Origin: Promethearchaeia archaeon
Lineage (GTDB): Archaea; Asgardarchaeota; Lokiarchaeia; Sigyniarchaeales; SOKP01
Length of the DNA stretch: 64,000 nt
NCBI GenBank assembly: GCA_029856045.1
Contig: JAHQWG010000047.1
Location: 128,001 to 192,000 of the forward strand
Direction of reading: 5' to 3'
Both the position numbers and the translations under genes were made by a program. The notes below the pieces were generated by a model. It was not told the DNA's origin. It made no database searches and saw only the letters and a program-made list of their open reading frames with translations. Below are positions 10,623-21,091 of this stretch, one piece after another. Within the stretch, counting starts at the first letter, position 1. Every line of letters starts with the position of its first letter.

Positions 10623-11159
10623 ATGAAGCAAGAAGAATATATAATTCCTTCAAGAGAGCATACCCTAGAATTACTGAGAGAGGTTAGAGTTCCAGCTCAT
10701 GTTAGAAAACATTCAATTGCAGTTGCAAAAAAGGCTTTAGAAATTGCAAATAAGATAAAAAGAGCAGAAGTCAATAAAAATTTAGTTGAAATTGGCGCGT
10801 TACTGCATGATATTGGGCGTTCAAAGACCCACGGATTTAAGCATTCTCTTATTGGTGGTAAAATTTTAAGGAATTTGGGGTATCCAAAAGAGTTAGCGCT
10901 AATTTGTGAGAGACACATTCTTGGTGGGCTTGATGCAGAAGATGCGGAAAGTGTGGGGTTACCAAGAAAAGACTATTTACCTCAAACATTAGAAGAAAAA
11001 ATTGTATGTTTAGCCGATAAGCACTTCACGGGGCATAAAGAAGTTACTATTCAACAAAGATTCAATAAATGGTTCAAAAAGTATGGTAGAAGTAAAATTT
11101 TATTAAAATCTAAAAGAAGAATTGAAGATATTCAGAAAGAATTAAATGCATTGATGTAA
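10623..11159 (+). CDS. HDIG/HD-domain phosphohydrolase (TIGR00295-like)
   Basis: RKHS, GALLHDIGRSKTHG, ERHILGG, LEEKIVCLADK. Confidence 0.9.
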   Translation: MKQEEYIIPSREHTLELLREVRVPAHVRKHSIAVAKKALEIANKIKRAEVNKNLVEIGALLHDIGRSKTHGFKHSLIGGKILRNLGYPKELALICERHILGGLDAEDAESVGLPRKDYLPQTLEEKIVCLADKHFTGHKEVTIQQRFNKWFKKYGRSKILLKSKRRIEDIQKELNALM

Positions 11160-11265
11160 TTTCAAATTATTCTTATTTAGTTTTATTTTATTTTTCTAAT
11201 GAGTTATTTAAACTCTAAGCAGTAAATAGATAATTTATTAATTTGAATTTTCTTAACTCTCATTT

Positions 11266-12405
11266 ATGAGAATTAAGGATTTCAAGTTAGAACAATTTTT
11301 TACTAAATATGAATTTATTGCTCCTTATTTATTATGTTGCTCGGATTGTGAATCATTTAGCGTGGGGGAATTATTAGAATTAGATGAGAATTCAGAAGAA
11401 GACTTAAAAGGATTGTCATTAGGTTATACAGAAACACAAGGTAACCCCTCCCTTAGAAAAGAGATATCCAACTTATATGAAAACATAGATCTAGATGATG
11501 TAGTTGTTCTTTTAGGAGCAGAAGAGGGTATTTTTATTTTTATGAATGTTTTTCTTGATAAAGGAGATCACATTATAGTTCAGTATCCCGCTTATCAGTC
11601 GCTTTTTGAAGTTGCAATCTCAATAGGTTGTGAAGTTACTAAATGGGAAATGAATGAGCAAAATAATTGGGAACTTGAGATTGATTTCTTAAAAAATAGT
11701 ATTAAAAATAATACTAAAGCGATTGTAATAAATTGTCCAAATAATCCCACCGGCTATTTAATGTCTAAGGAAAAATTACAGATGATCATTGATATTGCAA
11801 AAAAAAATGATATTTATATTTTCTCTGATGAAGTATATAGATTTTTGGAATATGATGAAAAAGATAGGCTTCCAGCGATGTGTGATATATATAATAAAGG
11901 AATTTCTCTTGGAGATATGTCTAAAACATTTGCACTTCCGGGATTAAGAATAGGCTGGATTGCAACTAAGGATAAATCCTTAATACAAAAAATTATTTCT
12001 TTTAAGCATTATACATCAATATGCAATAGTGCGCTAAGTGAATTTTTTTCGATATTAGTTTTAAAGAATAAAGAATATGTTATAAAAAGAAATTTAAACC
12101 TCATAGAAAATAATCTTAAGTTATTAGATAAATTCTTTAACGATTATAATCATCTCTTTGAATGGGTAAAACCACAAGCAGGCGTAATTGGTTTCCCTCG
12201 GATAAAATTTAATGAAGATATTGAAAAATTTTATAGTGATTTATTAAAAAAAAAAGGGGTTTTATTGATGTCTAGCACAAATTTTGATTTTGGAGGTAAG
12301 CATTTCAGAATTGGGTTTGGTAGAAAAAACATGCCTGAAGCATTAGAAAAATTAGAGAAATATATACAAGAGTACTATTTATCAAGAAAAAAAATAAAAA
12401 AATAA
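11266..12405 (+). CDS. PLP-dependent aminotransferase class I/II
   Basis: NCPNNPTG, FSDEVYR, MSKTFALPGLRIGW. Confidence 0.92.
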   Translation: MRIKDFKLEQFFTKYEFIAPYLLCCSDCESFSVGELLELDENSEEDLKGLSLGYTETQGNPSLRKEISNLYENIDLDDVVVLLGAEEGIFIFMNVFLDKGDHIIVQYPAYQSLFEVAISIGCEVTKWEMNEQNNWELEIDFLKNSIKNNTKAIVINCPNNPTGYLMSKEKLQMIIDIAKKNDIYIFSDEVYRFLEYDEKDRLPAMCDIYNKGISLGDMSKTFALPGLRIGWIATKDKSLIQKIISFKHYTSICNSALSEFFSILVLKNKEYVIKRNLNLIENNLKLLDKFFNDYNHLFEWVKPQAGVIGFPRIKFNEDIEKFYSDLLKKKGVLLMSSTNFDFGGKHFRIGFGRKNMPEALEKLEKYIQEYYLSRKKIKK

Positions 12406-12575
12406 GAACTTGAGAAAAATTCTCATTTGTGCTTTCATTTTTACTATTTTGTTTTTTTTTTTCCACTTTTTCTATATAGAGAATTTCAATAAAAAAAAAT
12501 GTAAAGAAAAAGTTTATTATCCTTTAAAAAGTATTTTTTACTGATAACTGAGATTCAGTTATATGAGGTTTATCT

Positions 12576-14084
12576 ATGTTCAAAGAAGATGGAATTTTAT
12601 GTATTGATGTATCTTCTCAAAAAATAAAAGTAGCAATTGTAAGTGAAAATTGTGATATTTTAGCAAATACTGAAAGAAACTTCTTTTTTAAAAATGATGA
12701 TATTGAAGGTTTCGCAAAAAGTTACAATACAGATGAGATCTGGAACATCTTGATGAGTTGTATTAAAGATGTGATTAGAAAATCTAAAATTAATCCAATG
12801 AATATTTTAGGAATTACTTCATGCACTCAAAGACAAGCGTGTGTTTTTGTTTCTGATGAAGGTGAAGTAATATATGCTGGTCCAAATTGTGATGTACGTG
12901 GAATTGATTCACAATATTTAATAGATGATGAGTTTGAAGAAGAAGAACTATTTAATATCACTGGACATAATCCTCCATTAATATTTCCACTTGCTAGACT
13001 CCTATGGTTCCAAGAAGAAAGAGAAGATTTATTTGAAAAAATTGGCAAAGTTTTATTATTTGATGATTGGATTGTCTATAAGTTGACTGATATCTTTTGT
13101 ACTGATCCAACTTCTGCAGCTGAATCTCTCATATTTGATATATCTAAAAGTAAATGGTCTGATAAAATTATTGATACATTTGATTTTAATAGAGATCTTT
13201 TCCCAGAAATTATTCAAGTTTCAGATATTGTTGGAGATTTAAAGACAGATATAGCCAAGAAATTTAATTTACCCAAATCCATTCCTGTTATTAAAACTGG
13301 AGCTGATACTCAAGCGAGTTTAATAGGAACTGCATGTATTGAAGATAATCAAATTGGAATTACTATAGGCACAACAGCTCCTTTATATCTTGTGGTTAAT
13401 TCACCCCGCATAGACCCAAATTTAAATATGTGGACTACACTACATGCCATTAAAGATAAATGGTTAATTGAAAGTAATACTGGAATGACCGGAAAAATTT
13501 ATGATTGGTATAAAGATTCATTTCTAAGTGGGTTATCCAATGATTTGAACTCTATTACTGAAGAATATTTATTAGAAACAGAACCAGGTGCAAATTCTAC
13601 ACTTGCTTTTCTTGGTCCAGAAAGAATGGATATAAATAGTCAAACTAATATTAAACCAGGAGTTTTTGTATTACCAACTCCAGGTTCAATTTCAGAAATT
13701 CTTTCAGACAGAAAAAATTTTTTAAGAGCGATATTTGAAAATATAGGTTTTGGGATTTTAGAAAATTTAATCCAAATATTAAATTTTGAAAGTAATCATA
13801 AAGAGATATTTTTCAGTGGAGGCTTGGCAAACTCAAAAAGTTTTAATCAAATTCTCTCAAATATTTTAAATAAAGAATTATACCTGCCTAATATCAAAGA
13901 ATCTGCATTTTCAGGTGAAGCAATCAATGTTTTAATTGGATTAGAATATTATCAGAATTATAGAAATGCAATAAATAAACTTGTTAAATTAACTAAGATT
14001 AGTCCTGATGAAGATATCGCATTGAAATATGAAAAGATTTATCATCGTTGGAGTCGTATCAAAAAACAACTAAATTTTGTTTAG
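12576..14084 (+). CDS. FGGY-family carbohydrate kinase
   Basis: CIDVSSQKIK, TQRQ, DVRG, RLLWFQE, TDPTSAAESLIFDI, GADTQAS, GTTAP, SGGLANS. Confidence 0.88.
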   Translation: MFKEDGILCIDVSSQKIKVAIVSENCDILANTERNFFFKNDDIEGFAKSYNTDEIWNILMSCIKDVIRKSKINPMNILGITSCTQRQACVFVSDEGEVIYAGPNCDVRGIDSQYLIDDEFEEEELFNITGHNPPLIFPLARLLWFQEEREDLFEKIGKVLLFDDWIVYKLTDIFCTDPTSAAESLIFDISKSKWSDKIIDTFDFNRDLFPEIIQVSDIVGDLKTDIAKKFNLPKSIPVIKTGADTQASLIGTACIEDNQIGITIGTTAPLYLVVNSPRIDPNLNMWTTLHAIKDKWLIESNTGMTGKIYDWYKDSFLSGLSNDLNSITEEYLLETEPGANSTLAFLGPERMDINSQTNIKPGVFVLPTPGSISEILSDRKNFLRAIFENIGFGILENLIQILNFESNHKEIFFSGGLANSKSFNQILSNILNKELYLPNIKESAFSGEAINVLIGLEYYQNYRNAINKLVKLTKISPDEDIALKYEKIYHRWSRIKKQLNFV

Positions 14085-14195
14085 ATTATTCATTAAAAAC
14101 TATAAAATCCTTTTAAAAATAAATTTTAAAAAATTTAATAATCTTAATTTAATTCTATAAGACGATTAAAAATAATTGATCAATTCAAAAATAAA

Positions 14196-14558
14196 ATGAA
14201 AAAAAAAATGACTGAAATTAGTACAATCCAAGAAGGATTTAAAATGATAATAGATCGTTATAATTCCGAAGAAAAAATCAGAAAAAAACTTGCTAATTAC
14301 GATGAGCCGATCGAACTTACATTTTTAGATAATAATCATAAAGCAATGATTATAGTTAAAAAAGATCAAGGAATTGAAATAAAAGATAATGTAGGAGATG
14401 ATAATGCTCTTGTGAAAATTCATTTTGAGTCAGAACAAGTAATGATTAATTTGTTTAATGGAGAAATTGGGGCTGTTGGTGCATATTCCTCAGGAAAAAT
14501 TAAAGTAATTGCAGGAAAAATAAGGAATTTGATAAAATTACGGAAATTATTATTTTAA
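14196..14558 (+). CDS. SCP2 sterol/lipid-binding domain protein
   Basis: 120 aa with the SCP2 C-terminal signature LFNGEIGAVGAYSSGKIKV.AG. Confidence 0.75.
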   Translation: MKKKMTEISTIQEGFKMIIDRYNSEEKIRKKLANYDEPIELTFLDNNHKAMIIVKKDQGIEIKDNVGDDNALVKIHFESEQVMINLFNGEIGAVGAYSSGKIKVIAGKIRNLIKLRKLLF

Positions 14559-14566
14559 AAAAAAGG

Positions 14567-16261
14567 GTGTATCTCTTGAAAGCATTAATTACAGCAGAAA
14601 TTACTGAACGTGAATTAAATAGATTAAAAGAAAGAATAGAAGTTATATATGAACCTTGGAAAGAATCAGGTATACTATATTTTGATGAAGATGAACTAAT
14701 TGAAAAATTAAAAGGAATAGATATTCTCATCAGCGAGGGCGATAATGTAAAGAAAAGAGTAATTGAAGAATCTTCACTTAAGATAATCGCCTCCTGTAGA
14801 AACGATCCAAATAATATAGATTTTAAAACGGCATCCGAAAAAAGGATACCTGTTATTTATACACCAAAAAGGAATTCTGACTCAGTAGCCGATCTGACTC
14901 TTTGTTTAATTTTAGCACTCGCAAGAAATCTAACTAAAGTTGATAAATATTTACATTCAGAGGATTTTGAAATAAATGATTTAGAAGATTGGGTTAGGGA
15001 TTATAAAAAATTTGAAGGAATTGAGCTTAAAGGTAAGACTATTGGAGTTGTTGGATTTGGCAATATAGGAAAATTAGTTGTACAGAGACTGATTCCTTTT
15101 GGGGTGAATTTTTTAATCGCTGATCCTTTTATTGATAAAGAGAAAGTGAAAGAATTTGGAACTCTTGTAGAATTAAAAGAATTAATGCGTAGTTCAGATT
15201 TTATAACTTTACATCTTCCCCCAATAGAAGCGACTAATAATTTAATCAATGAAAAAATGATTTCATTAATGAAGTCCAGTGCTTACTTGATTAATACAGC
15301 AAAAGGAAGCGTTTTAGATTATAGAGCTTTAAAGAAAGCTTTAATGGATAAAAAAATTGCTGGAGCTGCTCTTGATGTTTTCCCTTTAGAACCAATAGAT
15401 GAAGATAATGAATTTTTAAAATTTGAAAATGTAATAGTGCTACCTCATTATGGTGGAAATACAATTAGTGTTATAAAAAGACATTCAAAAATGATTATTG
15501 ATGATGTGCTATCAATATTAGATAATGAACCACCTAAGAATATAGCAAACCCCGAAGTTTTAGGAAAAATTGGAAAAGTTCTTAAAGAAAAAACAGAAGA
15601 CTCTAATGTTCCATATTATGAATTACGAAAAAAATTAGCAGATATTGGATTACAATTATTAAAAGAAGGTTTTGTTTCTGGCTCCTCAGGAAATTTTTCT
15701 ATTAGAATTCCTGATGAAGAAAAAATTGTTATAACTCCAAGTAATGTAAAATATGAATTTATCAAACCAAAAGATATCTTAGTTTTAGATTTTGATGGAA
15801 ATGTTCTAATTGGTGATAAAAATCCATCGGTTGAAAAAATAATGCACTTAACTATTTATAAAAACCGACCTGATGTAGGAGCAATTATCCATTCTCATGG
15901 AGTTTACTCAACGGTACTAAGTCTCTTAAATCTTAATCTACCACCCGTAATTGAAGAGTTTGTTCCATATATTGGGGGAGAAGTAAAAGTGGCAGAATAT
16001 GGTGAATCTGGTTCCGAAGAAATTGCCGAGTATGCACTTAAAGCTTTAGGCGATACAAATGCTGTTATTTTAGCTAATCATGGAAATCTCTGTTGTGGAA
16101 GCCATATAGAAGGAGCATTGGATGTTTTAAAAATGGTAGAAAGAACCGCTAAAATCTACTTATTTGCTAAATTATTAGGCGAACCAAGGGAATTACCCGA
16201 AGATACTGTGGACTATGAGCTCGATGTATTCGAGCTTTTCAAAGAGAGCAAAAAGGTATAA
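14567..16261 (+). CDS. Fusion of D-2-hydroxyacid dehydrogenase and class II aldolase (FucA-like)
   Basis: N half: GVVGFGNIG, INTAKG, ALDVFPLEP, PHYGG. C half: GSSGNFS, ITPS, PSVEKIMHL, IIHSH, LANHG. True start may be TTG 14576 after GGGTG. Confidence 0.88.
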   Translation: MYLLKALITAEITERELNRLKERIEVIYEPWKESGILYFDEDELIEKLKGIDILISEGDNVKKRVIEESSLKIIASCRNDPNNIDFKTASEKRIPVIYTPKRNSDSVADLTLCLILALARNLTKVDKYLHSEDFEINDLEDWVRDYKKFEGIELKGKTIGVVGFGNIGKLVVQRLIPFGVNFLIADPFIDKEKVKEFGTLVELKELMRSSDFITLHLPPIEATNNLINEKMISLMKSSAYLINTAKGSVLDYRALKKALMDKKIAGAALDVFPLEPIDEDNEFLKFENVIVLPHYGGNTISVIKRHSKMIIDDVLSILDNEPPKNIANPEVLGKIGKVLKEKTEDSNVPYYELRKKLADIGLQLLKEGFVSGSSGNFSIRIPDEEKIVITPSNVKYEFIKPKDILVLDFDGNVLIGDKNPSVEKIMHLTIYKNRPDVGAIIHSHGVYSTVLSLLNLNLPPVIEEFVPYIGGEVKVAEYGESGSEEIAEYALKALGDTNAVILANHGNLCCGSHIEGALDVLKMVERTAKIYLFAKLLGEPRELPEDTVDYELDVFELFKESKKV

Positions 16262-16295
16262 TCATTAAGTTTATTTCTATTATCATTTATTAATT

Positions 16296-16778
16296 TTATT
16301 TTATCTTATTTAATATTCCACCTACTTCTAATATCTCTACTAAAAATTTAGGAATTTTGCACATCTGAATTTTGATCTTTTTTGTTTCATTTACAATTAC
16401 TTCATTCTTTATAGAAATTTTTAAAATATCTCCCTCAGAGAATTTCTTTTTTACATCATTAATTTTTAGTGCAGGGATACCAAGATTAATTAGATTTCGG
16501 AAGTAGATTCGAGCAAATGATTCTGCTATTACAGCTTCAATTCCCAAAACTTTTAAAACATTAACTGCTTCTTCTCTAGAACTTCCCGACCCAAAATTTT
16601 TACCTGCAACAATAATATCGCCTTTTCTCACGTTTTGAACAAAATCTGGTCTTAGATTCTCTAAAACGTGTTTTGCAATTTCACCATTATCCCTTAAAGT
16701 TAAATATCGATGAGGTATGATATCATCAGTATTTATATTATCGCCGAATAAAAAAACTCTGCCTTTAATCTCCTTCAT
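16296..16778 (-). CDS. leuD: 3-isopropylmalate dehydratase/homoaconitase small subunit
   Basis: DNINTDDIIP, NFGSGSSREEA, ESFARIYFRN; LeuD versus HacB not resolved. Confidence 0.85.
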   Translation of the reverse strand: MKEIKGRVFLFGDNINTDDIIPHRYLTLRDNGEIAKHVLENLRPDFVQNVRKGDIIVAGKNFGSGSSREEAVNVLKVLGIEAVIAESFARIYFRNLINLGIPALKINDVKKKFSEGDILKISIKNEVIVNETKKIKIQMCKIPKFLVEILEVGGILNKIK

Positions 16779-16787
16779 AATATTGTG

Positions 16788-18065
16788 TTACACCTCTCTT
16801 GGATCAACAATTTTTCCCTTTAATGCGGAAGCAACAGTGGTTGTTGGTGAGGCTAAATATATTTGCGATGTAATATCACCCATTCTCCCAATAAAATTTC
16901 TATTCGTAGTACTTATACAAATCTCATTTGGACCCAATACACCTAAATGACCTCCAAAACAAGGTCCACAAGTTGGATTCCCAACTATTGCTCCTGAATT
17001 AAGGAAGATTTCAATTAATCCTTCCCTTATTGCTTTTAAATAAATTTCTTTTGAAGCTGGAATAACAATTAATCTAACATCTGGGTGAATTTTTTTATTT
17101 TTTAAAATTTGGGCTGCTTGACGCAGATCTTCTAGCCTTCCATTTGTGCAACTTCCTAAGAAAGCTTGATCAATTTTTATTTCCGGTAATTCTGATACAG
17201 GCACTACATTATCAGGACTTGCTGGTTTTGCTACAACAGGCACTATTTGGGATAAATCATAATTAAATTCTTCAACATAGACTGCATTATCATCAGGCAT
17301 TGTAAGTTTATAGTTAGAAATTGACCTTCCTTTTAACCATTCAACTAATTCATTATCCGGTATGAATATTCCACTCTTCGCTCCTGCTTCTACTACCATG
17401 TTGGAGACTGTCATTCGAGAATCAATAGAGAGAGATTTAATCCCATCTCCATGAAACTCCATAGATTTATATTCTGCACCACCGATTGAAAGATCTCTAA
17501 TTATTTGCAAGATTAAATCTTTAGACATTACATTTTCTCTTAATTGTCCTTTAAGGGAGAACTTTTGTGTCTCAGGTACCATAAACCACAATTTTCCTGT
17601 TGCAAACACCACCGACACGTCGGTTGCACCAATACCGGTCGAGAAACAATTGAAAGCTCCATATGTTGTTGTATGGCTATCAGAACCAACAATTAACATT
17701 CCCGGTTTTGCGAAACCTAATTCTGGTAAAACTTGATGGCATATTCCCTTATCCATACCAATATCATGTTTAAATTTATATTTTTTGGCAAATTTTCGAC
17801 AATCTTGGTGCATTTTAGCTGCTTCTATTGAAGGTGCCGGAACCCAATGGTCAAGAATAAAGAATATTTTATCTGGATCCCATACTTTATCGAGCTCGAG
17901 TTTTTCATATTCCTTATGGATGCGTCCACCAAGTTGCTCATGAACCATAACAAGATCGATATCTGCTTCAATAAATTCTCCGGGTGATATTGTTTTGTTG
18001 GAGGAATGTTCGCTTAAAATCTTCTCAGCAATGGTTTTTCCAGAATTTTCAGTCAATAATTTCAC
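16788..18065 (-). CDS. leuC: 3-isopropylmalate dehydratase/homoaconitase large subunit
   Basis: GICHQV, GSDSHTTTYGA, GSCTNGR, CGPCFG, STTNRNF; LeuC versus HacA not resolved. Confidence 0.87.
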   Translation of the reverse strand: MKLLTENSGKTIAEKILSEHSSNKTISPGEFIEADIDLVMVHEQLGGRIHKEYEKLELDKVWDPDKIFFILDHWVPAPSIEAAKMHQDCRKFAKKYKFKHDIGMDKGICHQVLPELGFAKPGMLIVGSDSHTTTYGAFNCFSTGIGATDVSVVFATGKLWFMVPETQKFSLKGQLRENVMSKDLILQIIRDLSIGGAEYKSMEFHGDGIKSLSIDSRMTVSNMVVEAGAKSGIFIPDNELVEWLKGRSISNYKLTMPDDNAVYVEEFNYDLSQIVPVVAKPASPDNVVPVSELPEIKIDQAFLGSCTNGRLEDLRQAAQILKNKKIHPDVRLIVIPASKEIYLKAIREGLIEIFLNSGAIVGNPTCGPCFGGHLGVLGPNEICISTTNRNFIGRMGDITSQIYLASPTTTVASALKGKIVDPREV

Positions 18066-18102
18066 AAAATAAATTGAAAAATAATTATATAAGATATTGA
18101 TT

Positions 18103-19107
18103 TTAGCTATAAAATCTTTTCAATACTCTTAGTGAGTTCAAAGTATTCCATTTGCTTAGTTTTCCTTTTCGTTCAATACTTGTTTGAAAACGTCCATTGA
18201 ATGTTCGTTCCATTTTCCATTTACCCACATTATCTTGCTTTTTAATCACAAGATCAATAGCATCTTGCATTCTCTCATCATTGTAACCTAAATTAAGTAA
18301 GATTTCCAACATTTCCAAGGCATCAGTCTGCCAAAGACGAGGAAATCCAAAAATTATCCAGTCTTTATGGGCAATTTGAGATAAATCATGACTTCTTTTA
18401 TAGAGATGATGTTTAAATAAGTAGTCAACTGAGTTCTCAATCGTATTCTTAATACTTTTAGAACGTTTATTTGGAGGAATTTCTGCGAGTGTTTTTAGCG
18501 TCTTTACTATACCCATTTGGCATGTGTGTGTTCCCCAACATTTTTCATATCTATAAGGCCAACCTTTTAGAGCTTCTGCTATTCCATCATCAAAACGTTG
18601 ATATTTTACAAGCCAGGCAATTGCTTTTTCAATTCTCGGGTCATCTAAATAACCAAATCTAATCATAGACCAAGCTATATTGCCGGTTAAACAAGGAATT
18701 ATGGCGTCACGATTACCTCCATTATTGAAATCGCCTCGACTTGAAAAACCTCCGCTTTCATAATCTTGGGAAATTTTAAGAAGAAATTCGCAAGTTTTTT
18801 TAATTCGCTCATCATTTCCATCGACACCAAGTTCTGCTAATATAATAAAGGACCAAACTGTTCCTTTATACTTAGATCTCTGATAAAAATCTCGAGCGAT
18901 CCCCCAATATCCTTCATTATTTTGCTTTGCAAGGATTTTAGGAACTGGTCCTATTTTCATTATTTCATTTCTTGATTTCTTTACTTGAGGATCACTAACA
19001 GATTTTCCTAAAATTTCAGTTAAAGTCAAATATCTCACAGAGGGATTATCTGGTTCTAATAACCATTCCGTTGGATCATCTTTTAAGTAAGATATCCAAT
19101 CATTCAT
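18103..19107 (-). CDS. Prenyltransferase/squalene-cyclase-like alpha/alpha-barrel protein of unknown function
   Basis: WLLEPDNPSVRY, QNNEGYW, PCLTGN, YQRFDDG, KQDNVGKW (QxxxGxW repeats). Confidence 0.7.
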   Translation of the reverse strand: MNDWISYLKDDPTEWLLEPDNPSVRYLTLTEILGKSVSDPQVKKSRNEIMKIGPVPKILAKQNNEGYWGIARDFYQRSKYKGTVWSFIILAELGVDGNDERIKKTCEFLLKISQDYESGGFSSRGDFNNGGNRDAIIPCLTGNIAWSMIRFGYLDDPRIEKAIAWLVKYQRFDDGIAEALKGWPYRYEKCWGTHTCQMGIVKTLKTLAEIPPNKRSKSIKNTIENSVDYLFKHHLYKRSHDLSQIAHKDWIIFGFPRLWQTDALEMLEILLNLGYNDERMQDAIDLVIKKQDNVGKWKMERTFNGRFQTSIERKGKLSKWNTLNSLRVLKRFYS

Positions 19108-19122
19108 TATCTATACATAAAC

Positions 19123-20367
19123 TTAGCTTAATTTTTTAAAATTTTTATCAAGTAAAAGTGCAGCTTGAACCGTTATTAAACATGCTTCCCTTGAAATACT
19201 TTTATCAACTTTATCTATAGTATCATTTTCTGTATGCGCATATCTTGCGCTCTCACGAGTCATTACATCGATTGAATCATAGTTACGCTGATGAAAAGGT
19301 ACTGTATCAGTATGAGCTCCTGTAGCCAAATGAAAACCTTCAATATATAAACCAACTTTTTTTGCAGCTTGTTTTAAATATTTTGTTAAAGTGGGAGATA
19401 TATTTTTTTTTGGAATGCCATATGTTTCCATCATCTGTACTTTATGTTTTACTCCTTTAATTCCGAGCATCTCAAAATTGAATTGAAAGATTTTCCCAAC
19501 TACAAATTGATCTTCATAAATCTTACAAAAATTGCGGCTTCCCATAGTTCCAAGTTCTTCAGCGCCAAATTGACAGCACCAGATATTAAAATTATTGAGT
19601 GGGTGTTCTCTAAAGTATCTTGCAATTTCAAAGACACATGTCATACCACAAGCATTATCTAATGCTCCAAGAGATTTGTTTCCTGTAGTTAAAAGCATTA
19701 ATACGATATTATCTATCATAATTACAAGTGTAGCAATCCTAGCTGCGATTTTTATCCATTCGATATCCGTTATGATATCTATTAAAATAAAAATTGCCGC
19801 AAAAAATCCAGCATATAACCATATTTTATAAACTAATACGCGTATTGTTGTTGAATAAGCTTGAGATTTTGAATCAATATGTGCTGAAAATATTATGTTT
19901 CCAGCTTTATTAGGATTGATTTTTTTTGCAGGAACTTTTGTAAACACATTTTTTGATTCAATTAATGTTCCAAAATATTTTGCTACAAATGCTGTTTCTT
20001 CGGGATGCTTTAACCCTTTAAGTAAAAAATATACCAAAATTCCGGATATTGAAATTAAAACTAAGTCTAAAACGGTGTTTAAAATAGTGTGAAAATATGT
20101 AAATATAAAGAATAGGAACATATTAAAAAGAGATAGCATCATTATAAATTTAATTAACGTTGTAGAATAGAAATCAGAAAAAATAAAACTTTCTGTTGTT
20201 ATCTCATCATCATTAAATCCAATTTCTTTAAAAGTTTCCGCAACTTCTTTTATAGCTTGCTTTTCACCCTCAGTTCCAGATAATCGAGGATAAGAAAAAT
20301 GTTTAATATGTTTAAAAAGAATATCTTCATCAAAATACTTGTCTGCAATAAGTTGTTTATCTCTCAT
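19123..20367 (-). CDS. Membrane-embedded M28 family peptidase
   Basis: PRLSGTEGE, SAHIDS, GALDNACG, GAEELG, HTD, HTENDT, plus two TM hairpins. Confidence 0.85.
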   Translation of the reverse strand: MRDKQLIADKYFDEDILFKHIKHFSYPRLSGTEGEKQAIKEVAETFKEIGFNDDEITTESFIFSDFYSTTLIKFIMMLSLFNMFLFFIFTYFHTILNTVLDLVLISISGILVYFLLKGLKHPEETAFVAKYFGTLIESKNVFTKVPAKKINPNKAGNIIFSAHIDSKSQAYSTTIRVLVYKIWLYAGFFAAIFILIDIITDIEWIKIAARIATLVIMIDNIVLMLLTTGNKSLGALDNACGMTCVFEIARYFREHPLNNFNIWCCQFGAEELGTMGSRNFCKIYEDQFVVGKIFQFNFEMLGIKGVKHKVQMMETYGIPKKNISPTLTKYLKQAAKKVGLYIEGFHLATGAHTDTVPFHQRNYDSIDVMTRESARYAHTENDTIDKVDKSISREACLITVQAALLLDKNFKKLS

Positions 20368-20433
20368 ATAAAAATCCGATAATTAAAAAGATATTTAATC
20401 TATATATTTTAGTTAAGTATTTTATTTAATTAT

Positions 20434-21045
20434 TCATAACTTCAATTGGCTTTTTATGTAGTTTTGAATTTCTTTTTGAACTGATTCAATAGAATTCTCA
20501 GAATTTATGATTTTATATCCTTTCTCCTTTGCCCTCTCTAAAAATCTGCTGCGTGCTTTTACTAAAAAGTCTTGATTTTCAAATTTTTCTTTATTTTTAC
20601 CTATTGATTTTAAATGAGATAATTTTCTTTTTAATGAGACTTCAGGGTGTAGATCTAAAATTATTGTTATATCTGGCATTCCAACGAATTTGTTGATATT
20701 TTCAATCCAATCAATGGAAATCTCATCAGTTTGGGAAGATTGATATACAATTGAAGATTCAAGATATCGATCTGAAATTACAATATAACCATCTTCAAGT
20801 TTTTTCACTATCTCATTTTTATAGTGGATTAATCTATCTGCAGCAAATAGCAAGGCGTCGGTTTCTGGGGGGATATTTTCATCTAATAAAATCTTTTTTA
20901 ATAAATCTCCAATTATACTTGATGATGGTTCTTGTGTTAAATACACATTTAATCCCTTTTCTACTAAAAATTTTAATAATAATTGAGAATGAGTTGTAGT
21001 TCCGCTTCCGTCAATTCCTTCCAAAACAATAAATGCTCGTACCAT
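20434..21045 (-). CDS. tmk: Thymidylate kinase
   Basis: EGIDGSGTTT, EPS, LLFAADR, SDRYLESSIVYQ, PDITIILD. Confidence 0.95.
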   Translation of the reverse strand: MVRAFIVLEGIDGSGTTTHSQLLLKFLVEKGLNVYLTQEPSSSIIGDLLKKILLDENIPPETDALLFAADRLIHYKNEIVKKLEDGYIVISDRYLESSIVYQSSQTDEISIDWIENINKFVGMPDITIILDLHPEVSLKRKLSHLKSIGKNKEKFENQDFLVKARSRFLERAKEKGYKIINSENSIESVQKEIQNYIKSQLKL

Positions 21046-21091
21046 TATTATGTAAAAAATAAATAAGATTGTAATTAAACTTAATTAATCA

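Noticed and set aside
18103-19107. Squalene/oxidosqualene cyclase or nitrogenase-related call
   Set aside because: Single barrel, no DxDD motif and no P-loop; function unknown
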